Source of the DNA: a virus
DNA: 19,422 bases
Strand: one strand, 5' to 3'
Virus record (IMG/VR): IMGVR_UViG_3300045988_102984
Location: 1-19,422 of that record
Positions 1 through 6,093 of the stretch are shown here, one piece after another. Within the stretch, counting starts at the first letter, position 1. Every line of letters starts with the position of its first letter. Under the pieces are notes generated by a model, which ran no database searches, had not been told where the DNA came from, and saw nothing but the letters and a program-made list of their open reading frames with translations. The position numbers and the translations under genes were made by a program.

Positions 1-171
1 GGGAGGGGTGTGGGTTTGTGTGAAGATTTTCCCTTGTGGTTTTTTTTATTTGTGTATTATTTTTTTTTGTTCTGTGCCTTCATTGACGCTTTGTTTTGTT
101 TACGCCTCTATTATATTTTTTTTATCCTAACCTGTCAAGTTTTTTTATTTTGGGCGTGTCGTTTTTTTTTA

Positions 172-245
172 TTGACACTGTGTCAATGGTTGTATATGCA
201 ACATTCTGTTGACACTGTGTCAATGGTTGTATGTGCAACAATCTG
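172..245 (+). repeat. Two tandem 37-bp direct repeats, each a 15-bp palindrome TTGACACTGTGTCAA followed by TGGTTGTAT(A/G)TGCAACA(T/A)TCTG
   Basis: 172-208 and 209-245 differ at 2 of 37 positions (196 a/g, 204 t/a). Each starts with TTGACAC-T-GTGTCAA (7-bp arms, 1-nt centre). The TTGACA half also matches a sigma-70 -35 hexamer. Confidence 0.9.
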
Positions 246-251
246 CGCTAG

Positions 252-273
252 GTTACGGTTACGTAACCGTAAC
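252..273. promoter_or_regulatory. 22-bp perfect palindrome GTTACGGTTACGTAACCGTAAC (function unknown; protein-binding site or cruciform)
   Basis: The sequence equals its own reverse complement. It is built from 2x GGTTAC followed by 2x GTAACC and lies between the palindrome array and the early promoter. Mirrored at 19150-19171. Confidence 0.6.
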
Positions 274-323
274 TTAGTTGGGGGGTATTGTTAGATGTTT
301 GTCTAAATATCTAATTGCTTGCG

Positions 324-338
324 TTGACACTGTGTCAA
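324..338. promoter_or_regulatory. Third copy of the 15-bp palindrome TTGACACTGTGTCAA (putative operator)
   Basis: Exact third copy, 115 bp downstream of the second and about 55 bp upstream of the ITR extended -10 element. It is followed by a T6 run. Confidence 0.55.
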
Positions 339-391
339 TTTTTTGTCTGTCCTGCTTCGTTTTGTTTTCGGGCGTGTCGTTGTTTTGTTTG

Positions 392-400
392 TGTTATAGT
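392..400 (+). promoter_or_regulatory. Early promoter inside ITR-L (extended -10, TGtTATAGT)
   Basis: TG-n-TATAGT lies 33 bp upstream of ATG 433. It belongs to the same TGnTATAAT class as five other elements placed at module boundaries. No good -35 at 17 bp. Confidence 0.55.
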
Positions 401-432
401 GTAGTTATCAACTTCAAGGGAAAGGAAATAAA

Positions 433-813
433 ATGAACATTATTCTTAATCACAAGCATGATGCGGAAGTTCAGTCTCAACTTGACAAAGCCAACTATCT
501 CGCACGCACCCGCACCGTTGATATTGATGACGTGTATAATGCGGTTACGGTTATCGAACAGAAGTTCGATGATTGCACTAGAAAGAGCCTAGAGGGTTTG
601 ACTGTTCGTGTTGATTTGAACTCTCAGGACTTTCCAAACGCCTATCGCGGCATTCCTATGAGTACTCAGTTTATGCTTGGTTATGAGAAGCGTTCTTGGC
701 GTTTCCTTCGCGCGGAACGTTTGCGTTGCGGTGAGTTTAAGAGGTATGACGTAAGGTTGACCGACGCCATGCGTGAAGAGTTGCTGAAGCGTTTTGAGTC
801 GTTTAATCACTGA
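433..813 (+). CDS. Hypothetical early protein, 126 aa
   Basis: ATG 433 follows a purine-rich SD, AAGGGAAAGGA (417-427). The promoter, SD, ATG and first two codons (M-N) lie within the ITR. No motif recognised. Confidence 0.75.
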   Translation: MNIILNHKHDAEVQSQLDKANYLARTRTVDIDDVYNAVTVIEQKFDDCTRKSLEGLTVRVDLNSQDFPNAYRGIPMSTQFMLGYEKRSWRFLRAERLRCGEFKRYDVRLTDAMREELLKRFESFNH

Positions 814-828
814 TTGGAGGCAAATAAA

Positions 829-1065
829 ATGAATACTGTGATAGTTGTCAGTTGGTGGGCTAGAACAGCCGTCGTTTTCTTCACGGATATTGATGATTTT
901 TACATGCTGGATATTAGGAAGAATAGAACTCTTCGAGGTGCTAAGTCTCATATCCGCAGAGAAATATCCAGTAAGCATGGTGTCACGCTCTTTCGTATGA
1001 GACTTGTGAAGGACACACCTGCGGTTACGTTTTTGCTTGCCAAGCGTGCTGAGAGAGGAGAATAA
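829..1065 (+). CDS. Hypothetical early protein, 78 aa, basic
   Basis: The track ORF opens at TTG 814, but GGAGG (816-820) sits 8 nt before ATG 829, so 829 is the likelier start. K/R-rich C-terminal half. Confidence 0.6.
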   Translation: MNTVIVVSWWARTAVVFFTDIDDFYMLDIRKNRTLRGAKSHIRREISSKHGVTLFRMRLVKDTPAVTFLLAKRAERGE

Positions 1066-1067
1066 AC

Positions 1068-1136
1068 ATGTTCGCTTCTGTTGTCGTTATTTGCGCGTGT
1101 ATTTTTGGCATTGCCGTTGTTTTTGGGATGGTTTAA
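1068..1136 (+). CDS. Possible 22-aa hydrophobic micropeptide (MFASVVVICACIFGIAVVFGMV)
   Basis: Below the track size cutoff. A strong SD, GAGAGAGGAG (1051-1060), sits 7 nt before ATG 1068. The peptide is a single uninterrupted hydrophobic stretch. Stop TAA at 1134-1136. Confidence 0.35.
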   Translation: MFASVVVICACIFGIAVVFGMV

Positions 1137-1159
1137 GCCTGATAGGTGGTGATGTTATA

Positions 1160-1327
1160 ATGGTTGGCATGGTTGTTGCTGTCTGCATTCTCTCCGTGCT
1201 GTTTCTTGCGATGGCCGCTACAGTGTTTTGCGAACTGCCGCGCAACGCGCGTGACGTGTTCTGCTTTTTGGTCATGCTTGGCGTGAGCGTGGCTATTGTA
1301 TTGGTTTTCGTTATAAAGGTGGTTTGA
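1160..1327 (+). CDS. Small membrane protein, 55 aa, two predicted TM helices
   Basis: The upstream part of track ORF 1037-1327 looks non-coding (C/R/W-rich). AGGTGG (1144-1149) precedes ATG 1160. Sequence MVGMVVAVCILSVLFLAMAATVF...FCFLVMLGVSVAIVLVFVI gives two hydrophobic spans. Confidence 0.5.
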   Translation: MVGMVVAVCILSVLFLAMAATVFCELPRNARDVFCFLVMLGVSVAIVLVFVIKVV

Positions 1328-1328
1328 G

Positions 1329-1574
1329 ATGGCTTATTTTGATATGAAGGTTGCCACGTTTCCCTCGCGGTATTACAGAGGTGACGTCGGATTATGGTAT
1401 TGTCCACATGTTCACTCGTACGAATTAAGGTATAGTGTGGCACTCTCGCAAACGAGCGGAATTTGCTCGGCTATCGCAGTGGTGTCATATAGTGCGAGTG
1501 ATAATAATCAGGTTGCGGCCCTAGTGTTGGACGCTATCGACATCGCTCGCACCCCCTTAATGGAGAGGAGTTAA
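1329..1574 (+). CDS. Hypothetical early protein, 81 aa
   Basis: AAGGTGG (1316-1322) sits 6 nt before ATG 1329. The start lies immediately after the upstream stop (TGA 1325-1327). Confidence 0.6.
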   Translation: MAYFDMKVATFPSRYYRGDVGLWYCPHVHSYELRYSVALSQTSGICSAIAVVSYSASDNNQVAALVLDAIDIARTPLMERS

Positions 1575-1577
1575 ATC

Positions 1578-1781
1578 ATGTATTTTCGTGGTTGGATACA
1601 CTCATGGACATGCGGCACGTGCCCCGACGCCGATAGCTATTGGCGGTTGCGTGCGTTCTGGGCTGGCATGCAGCATAAGCGGAGCGCCACCAATCCGCCG
1701 AAACGCTGCCCCGACCGGCAACTGTGGGCGGCCATGTGGATATATGGTGACAGTGACTTCGTGGACGAATTGGAGTTTTAG
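1578..1781 (+). CDS. Hypothetical early protein, 67 aa, Trp/Cys-rich (CGTC motif)
   Basis: GGAGAGGAG (1562-1570) sits 7 nt before ATG 1578. Preferred over overlapping track ORF 1588-1959, whose first 65 codons have no SD and an off-frame-like A/P/G/R composition. Confidence 0.55.
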   Translation: MYFRGWIHSWTCGTCPDADSYWRLRAFWAGMQHKRSATNPPKRCPDRQLWAAMWIYGDSDFVDELEF

Positions 1782-1782
1782 C

Positions 1783-1959
1783 ATGTATAGCACTTTCGTG
1801 GCTCTCGCATATTTGAGGGATGCACACAAACCACCTATCGAAGTCGGTTACGCGCCCTCGTATAAGGATGCGGCAGACTTGATTAAACGGTGGGCGGCTA
1901 TCCGCTCGCATGTGGAAAACATAGCGTACTTCCGCGTCGAGGAACGGTATTATGTTTAG
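1783..1959 (+). CDS. Hypothetical early protein, 58 aa
   Basis: Internal ATG of track ORF 1588-1959, with GGAG (1772-1775) 7 nt upstream. It starts 1 nt after the stop of 1578-1781. Confidence 0.5.
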   Translation: MYSTFVALAYLRDAHKPPIEVGYAPSYKDAADLIKRWAAIRSHVENIAYFRVEERYYV

Positions 1960-2470
1960 GCGCGGTGATGACAGGCGGCCTATCTGCCGCATGCGTGACT
2001 TTGATGACGCCATCATGGAGAGCAAGCGTATTGTCCGCGCCACGAAAGGCCGTAAGCGTGAGCTGAACTTGAAGCGGTTCGATATGGGGTTTGGTGATTT
2101 CGAGACGTGCTGCCGTGCCGTGAACATGCTGTGCGAACTGTGGCGAGACGCGCCTAGTGAATGGTTTTCGCAAGCGGTTGTCATGGTTTCGCAGATTGCG
2201 GGTAGTCTGAGCACGTGGGACGGTTTGGCGACTGCATTGTCTAGGACGTTCGACGTCGAATATTTGGACGGCTCTATCAATCCGCCTAACCTGATCGCAT
2301 GGTGCGCCGTCTGTGCCATCAAGGGCGGAACGTCATACGACTGTTGCACGATTTTCGACAACCCGCAAGCGCAAAATTTGATTATCGCCGTGTTTAAAAA
2401 TTTTGACAGACTGGATACGACTCGTTATACTGATAGTGGTTTAGAAAAAATCTTACTGCAAGGGAGGTAA
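1952..2470 (+). CDS. Hypothetical early protein, 172 aa
   Basis: GAGGAA (1939-1944) sits 7 nt before ATG 1952. Overlaps the upstream gene by 8 nt. No motif recognised. Confidence 0.7.
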   Translation: MFRRGDDRRPICRMRDFDDAIMESKRIVRATKGRKRELNLKRFDMGFGDFETCCRAVNMLCELWRDAPSEWFSQAVVMVSQIAGSLSTWDGLATALSRTFDVEYLDGSINPPNLIAWCAVCAIKGGTSYDCCTIFDNPQAQNLIIAVFKNFDRLDTTRYTDSGLEKILLQGR

Positions 2471-2473
2471 AAA

Positions 2474-2788
2474 TTGGCTAGAACCAAAACCGATATTTTC
2501 CGCACGCGCGTGTATGCTGTGCTTAAGGGTATGGAATTGGTGGACGGCGACTTCATGGAAGCAGAGCACGTTATCGACGGGCGACTTAAGGACGCTCGCG
2601 CGTATTCGATTCGTGCCAAAAAACTTTTTCCGAATTTCATTCCGCGCTCCATCGATATTTTTTCGCAAAAGGTTTCTATGAATGAAGAAACTTTTTATAA
2701 GTATGCGACTTTTGAGGAACCGCAGAAGTGGAACCCTGAAGAACATACAAAACGACACGCCGACGTTGAAAATAATGAAGACGTGTGA
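2474..2788 (+). CDS. Hypothetical early protein, 104 aa, TTG start
   Basis: GGAGG (2463-2467) sits 6 nt before TTG 2474. Acidic C-terminus. Confidence 0.6.
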   Translation: MARTKTDIFRTRVYAVLKGMELVDGDFMEAEHVIDGRLKDARAYSIRAKKLFPNFIPRSIDIFSQKVSMNEETFYKYATFEEPQKWNPEEHTKRHADVENNEDV

Positions 2789-2794
2789 TATAAA
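2786..2794 (+). promoter_or_regulatory. Promoter-like extended -10 (TGaTATAAA) upstream of the SSB-like gene
   Basis: TG-n-TATAAA overlaps the stop of 2474-2788 and lies 57 bp upstream of ATG 2851. Confidence 0.4.
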
Positions 2795-2850
2795 AGATTT
2801 TAGGCATAAGCCTGAAAACAAAATAACAACAATCTAGGAAAGGTTAAACA

Positions 2851-3285
2851 ATGGAAAACAACAACAACGCACTCGTCGCCTTCAACACCGAAAACACCGA
2901 ACTCGGCACCGTCCAGCACTTCATCGACACTTCCACCCGCGAAGGCAAAATCAAGCTTTACAGCGCGCTACAGAACGCCGAAAAGCTCGATGAACATCTC
3001 AATGAGCCACTGAACATGACGAACGCAGTCGCACAGGCAGTGCAGGTGACCGATGACCAGACGGGAGAAATTTCCAATACCGTGCGCGTCATTATCGTGA
3101 CTGATGACAACAAGGCGTACGCGGCCACCTCCCCGACCCTCGCGGCCGGACTTAATACCATGTTCGGCATTTTCGGCACGCCGAACACTTGGACGGAACC
3201 GCTGTGCATCAAGGTGGTTGAACGCCGCTCTCGCCGTGGCTTCAAGTTTTTCAGCATTGAGCCGGTGGACGAAGAGACGAAGTAA
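2851..3285 (+). CDS. Putative single-stranded DNA-binding / replication accessory protein, 144 aa
   Basis: Has its own promoter-like element and SD (TAGGAAAGG, 2835-2843), suggesting high expression. Sits directly upstream of the terminal-protein/polymerase pair. The overall pattern (N-terminal helix, central V-I-I-V-T-D-D-N-K-A-Y strand region, C-terminal acidic tail EPVDEETK) resembles small phage SSBs. This is assigned by position and resemblance only. Confidence 0.4.
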   Translation: MENNNNALVAFNTENTELGTVQHFIDTSTREGKIKLYSALQNAEKLDEHLNEPLNMTNAVAQAVQVTDDQTGEISNTVRVIIVTDDNKAYAATSPTLAAGLNTMFGIFGTPNTWTEPLCIKVVERRSRRGFKFFSIEPVDEETK

Positions 3286-3288
3286 ACT

Positions 3289-3297
3289 TGCTATAAT
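3289..3297 (+). promoter_or_regulatory. Promoter-like extended -10 (TGcTATAAT) upstream of the terminal-protein gene
   Basis: Perfect TGnTATAAT, 4 nt after the stop of 2851-3285. Confidence 0.45.
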
Positions 3298-3316
3298 CAC
3301 AATGTGAGTTCACCAT

Positions 3317-3341
3317 GAGAGCACCCTTGTTGGGTGCTCTC
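3317..3341 (+). terminator. 10-bp GC-rich hairpin (GAGAGCACCC-ttgtt-GGGTGCTCTC); weak terminator or 5' stabilising stem-loop
   Basis: Perfect 10-bp stem with a 5-nt loop, followed by the T-poor tail TCTATCT. It lies after the highly expressed SSB-like gene but also downstream of the 3289 promoter-like element, so its role is ambiguous. Confidence 0.4.
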
Positions 3342-3363
3342 TCTATCTGAAAGGACTGCAACC

Positions 3364-4425
3364 ATGTCACGGAAGAGGAAGAAACCAGCCCCCCGCGCAG
3401 TCGTATCACAGAACTATCGCACCCACCAAAAGCCGGATACCAGCAATGTCGCCATCAAAGCCGATAGACAGCAACGCAAGCACGTCAAGAAAATTCAGGC
3501 CGCGCAAGCCCGCGCCGCACGCGACATTACGCAGCTTGGCTCGTACTCACACTCGAATCTCGCCAAAACCGCGGACAAACAATTGGTCAACATCGCCAAA
3601 ACGCTAGGTAAGGAGTGGGAGCGGCAGAAGAAGCAGGCCATAGCGGAAGCGAAAGCAACACCATATCATGCGACCGCCGTGGAAAAACCGACGAAAAAAG
3701 ACATCATGTTCGCCCAGCGTACGCCAATAAGTGACGCGCAGATTCAGGCGGAGCCGGTGGCGAAACGGCGCAAACTGTTGAGACAGCAACAGCGGAAAAT
3801 CAATGCGGCACGCCGGAAAATCAACGAATGGAACAAAGCTCAGGCCATGCCTGCGAAAAGCGTGTATGAGCAGCGTGTGGCCGAAATCACCGGCACCACC
3901 GGCAAAGGTTTCGGACGTAATCAGATTATCCCCTCGAAACTCACTGATTTTCTGCAAATGACCAACGTGTTAAGTGACGAAGCATTCGTACGCTCCCAAT
4001 TGGAAAGCGGACACCGTAACGAACTGCTTGAGCAGATGCATGATGCCGCCGAAATATTGGGCTTGCGTACCGAACAGAAACGCAAACCGTCCAAAAAGCG
4101 AGGGGGCGGCAAACAGGGTAAAGACTTGTATGGCGAGCATGAATGGCCGTCTTATATGTCACGCGGACGGTACGAGGTGTTCGAGAAGATTCTAGCTACC
4201 ACGCTTGGCTCGAAACGACTGAAACGATTCCGTCAATTGTCGGCAGCGCAAAAACGCGCGTTTATCGAACAGACGGACGCACCACGAATCGTGTTCGACT
4301 GGACGGTATACGACCCCGTTCGGCACGGTTTCACCTCGGTTTTCCGGAACAATAGCGAAGGCTATCAGCGTTCTCGGCGGCAGTTTGACAGGTGGTTGAC
4401 GGAAGCGGGCGCACTGAAACAGTAG
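3364..4425 (+). CDS. Putative terminal protein (replication primer), 353 aa
   Basis: Sits immediately upstream of the protein-primed polymerase gene, as in phi29 and Cp-1. Strongly basic, helix-rich, with N-terminus MSRKRKKPAPR. AAGGA (3351-3355) sits 8 nt before ATG 3364; the track start at 3334 has no SD. No sequence motif proves identity. Confidence 0.55.
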   Translation: MSRKRKKPAPRAVVSQNYRTHQKPDTSNVAIKADRQQRKHVKKIQAAQARAARDITQLGSYSHSNLAKTADKQLVNIAKTLGKEWERQKKQAIAEAKATPYHATAVEKPTKKDIMFAQRTPISDAQIQAEPVAKRRKLLRQQQRKINAARRKINEWNKAQAMPAKSVYEQRVAEITGTTGKGFGRNQIIPSKLTDFLQMTNVLSDEAFVRSQLESGHRNELLEQMHDAAEILGLRTEQKRKPSKKRGGGKQGKDLYGEHEWPSYMSRGRYEVFEKILATTLGSKRLKRFRQLSAAQKRAFIEQTDAPRIVFDWTVYDPVRHGFTSVFRNNSEGYQRSRRQFDRWLTEAGALKQ

Positions 4426-4453
4426 CTGACAAGCAAGCAAGGGAAGTTATACC

Positions 4454-5908
4454 ATGACCATGCAACAAGATAAAAGAGTTGGATTATGGTGCGCGGATAA
4501 CGTCATACGCTTCACAGACGGAACCGTCCTGCGTGATGTCACCGCGCCTAACCGCCTTTTGGCGTCCATCATGTCGTGCGGCAAACTCACAATTTATATG
4601 ACCAATCCAGACATCTTAGACTCATTCATGGCTCACGTCGTACACTCCCTCCACCACAACGAACACAACTCTAACTTGAGCTGGGACGCGATAGTGTCGA
4701 AAAAAGGCAAGTTCTTCAGCTTCACGGTGCGTATCGACCGCGAAAATTCCGCACGATTTTTCGACATATCGAATCTTTTGCGAGAGAATTGTTGGATCAC
4801 CATGACTGATACGCAACTGCTCAACATTCTGAGAGAATACGACAACCGTGGCTTATGCAAAATCACGGCGGGCGGTGCGAGTATGGAGGCATTTGCGTCC
4901 GGCGAGTGGAAATGGTATTACGACAAATTTCCACAACTTGAGGGCGAAACCAAGAAGTCATTGCATGACGCCTATATCGGCGGTTTTATGCTGGTCAAGG
5001 AAGGGACTTATGGCAAGGCTATCGACGTTGACTGTAATTCCATGTATCCATCCATATTACGAGACGAGTGGCTTCCGTGGGGGGAGCCGGAACCATACGA
5101 CGGCAAGTACGAGGAAGATAGCGATATGCCGCTGCATTGTGATGAACTCACGTTTCGCGCGGAACTCAAACCGGACGGATATCCTTTTCTGCTCGACAAT
5201 CGAAGCGTGTACGGACTGAACCGACTCACCTCAACACGCGGTTACATCACGCGCGTCTTGACCGACATTGACCAAGGACTGCTTTATCAGAATTATGAAG
5301 TGAGTGTCTACAAGCATGTTAGGGGGTGGAAGTTCAGGCGCTCCAAAGGTTTCTTCCGTTCGTTCATCGACGAATGGGGGGACTTGAAACAGCGGGCGAC
5401 CGGTGAGAAAAGGCAAATGGCGAAATTAATCATGAACGCGCTCGTAGGCAAAATGGCGAGTCTGCCGAAAGGCGCCGTCATGCTCCCACTCTCGAAAGAC
5501 GGCATAACCTTGGACTGGAATGTCGCACAACGCGAAGAATCGAATCTAAAAACCGACTATTTGCCCGTGCCTGTTTGGATCAACGCCTACGCACGCCGCA
5601 AGCTTATGGACGTGTGTAACGCGAACTCCGATAGACTCTTGTATGCGAACACGGACGGTTGTATTTTGAGCGGCTGGGAGCCGGTAGAATCATGTGACAT
5701 ACATCCAACCGAACTTGGCAAATGGAAAATCGCCGCACGATACGAAAAACTGACTATCCTCGGAATGAACCGTTATCAGGGATGGCGTGATGACGGTGAA
5801 GTTGACGTCTGCATGTCGGGCAACATGTTTACGGAACCTATACCGTACGAACAGTTCAGGCATGGCACGCAAGTCATGGATGATTACGGCACAATGGTCA
5901 TGCTATAA
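4454..5908 (+). CDS. Protein-primed family-B DNA polymerase (phi29 gp2-like), 484 aa
   Basis: Long colinear matches to phi29 DNAP as I recall it: ITAGGASMEAF versus MTAGSDSLKGF; YIGG (the YxGG motif); DCNSMYP (motif A, DVNSLYP); LPWGEPEPYDGKY versus LPYGEPIVFEGKY; KLIMNALVGK (motif B); YANTDG (motif C); LGKWK...NRY (the KxY region). Confidence 0.92.
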   Translation: MTMQQDKRVGLWCADNVIRFTDGTVLRDVTAPNRLLASIMSCGKLTIYMTNPDILDSFMAHVVHSLHHNEHNSNLSWDAIVSKKGKFFSFTVRIDRENSARFFDISNLLRENCWITMTDTQLLNILREYDNRGLCKITAGGASMEAFASGEWKWYYDKFPQLEGETKKSLHDAYIGGFMLVKEGTYGKAIDVDCNSMYPSILRDEWLPWGEPEPYDGKYEEDSDMPLHCDELTFRAELKPDGYPFLLDNRSVYGLNRLTSTRGYITRVLTDIDQGLLYQNYEVSVYKHVRGWKFRRSKGFFRSFIDEWGDLKQRATGEKRQMAKLIMNALVGKMASLPKGAVMLPLSKDGITLDWNVAQREESNLKTDYLPVPVWINAYARRKLMDVCNANSDRLLYANTDGCILSGWEPVESCDIHPTELGKWKIAARYEKLTILGMNRYQGWRDDGEVDVCMSGNMFTEPIPYEQFRHGTQVMDDYGTMVML

Positions 5909-5909
5909 T
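5901..5909 (+). promoter_or_regulatory. Promoter-like extended -10 (TGcTATAAT) overlapping the polymerase stop codon
   Basis: Perfect TGnTATAAT. The predicted start near 5916 would give a transcript of about 170 nt ending at the 6052-6084 terminator. Confidence 0.45.
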
Positions 5910-5915
5910 AATCGA

Positions 5916-6084
5916 GTCTTGTGAGCGTCGATTCTCGACTGGGAGTAACATGAGTCGGATTGCCACGGCTGAAAACGCCGCCAACCATGAAATCATTGTC
6001 GTGGCGACAATGCCCTACGTTTTTCAATTTGCGCTCTGATAGGACAGTTATACCCCCGCGTGATTGCGGGGGTCATTTTATTTT
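5916..6084 (+). ncRNA. Candidate ~170-nt stand-alone transcript (structured RNA and/or 29-aa micro-ORF)
   Basis: Bounded by the TGcTATAAT element and a strong intrinsic terminator. Contains an 8-bp hairpin (CATTGTCG-tgg-CGACAATG, 5994-6012) and an AATCGA/TCGATT pair (5910-5915 / 5928-5933). An alternative reading is an ORF at 5950-6039 (MSRIATAENAANHEIIVVATMPYVFQFAL), whose GGGAG sits only 4 nt before the ATG. Confidence 0.3.
6052..6084 (+). terminator. Rho-independent terminator ending the early/replication block
   Basis: 8-bp stem ACCCCCGC / GCGGGGGT with a 6-nt loop, followed by CATTTTATTTT. Confidence 0.85.
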
Positions 6085-6093
6085 CCCGACGCA

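Larger units (their letters stand above)
1..439. repeat. Left inverted terminal repeat (ITR-L), 439 bp; presumed replication origin plus early regulatory region
   Basis: Bases 1-439 are the reverse complement of 18984-19422. I checked 1-60 and 241-441 by hand, and the identical 94-aa track ORFs at 10-294 (+) and 19129-19413 (-) cover the rest. Identity breaks at 440 (t versus c). Begins GGGAGGGGTGTGGG. AT-rich, with long T runs on the top strand. Confidence 0.95.

Noticed and set aside
172-245. The 37-bp direct repeats as a mini CRISPR array
   Set aside because: There are only two directly abutting copies with no spacers, they lie inside the ITR, and no cas genes are present.
10-294. 94-aa ORF inside ITR-L, with an identical ORF at 19129-19413 on the minus strand
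   Set aside because: The Phe/Leu/Cys-rich translation is a by-product of the T runs. It has no SD, and it spans the dyad repeats and palindromes that look regulatory. Its duplication is simply the ITR.
1588-1782. N-terminal 65 codons of track ORF 1588-1959
   Set aside because: There is no SD at 1588, and this stretch competes with the well-initiated 1578-1781 frame. The conserved-looking part begins at ATG 1783, which has its own GGAG.
1576-2361. 261-aa minus-strand ORF across the early region
   Set aside because: It is antisense to four SD-preceded plus-strand genes, has no SD, and has an R/S/A/H-rich composition typical of a shadow frame in a locally GC-richer segment.
5916-6084. Direct sequence similarity to phi29 pRNA
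   Set aside because: I could not recognise any primary-sequence resemblance to phi29 pRNA in either candidate RNA region. The pRNA idea rests only on size, context and structure potential, so it is reported as a hypothesis and not as an annotated pRNA.
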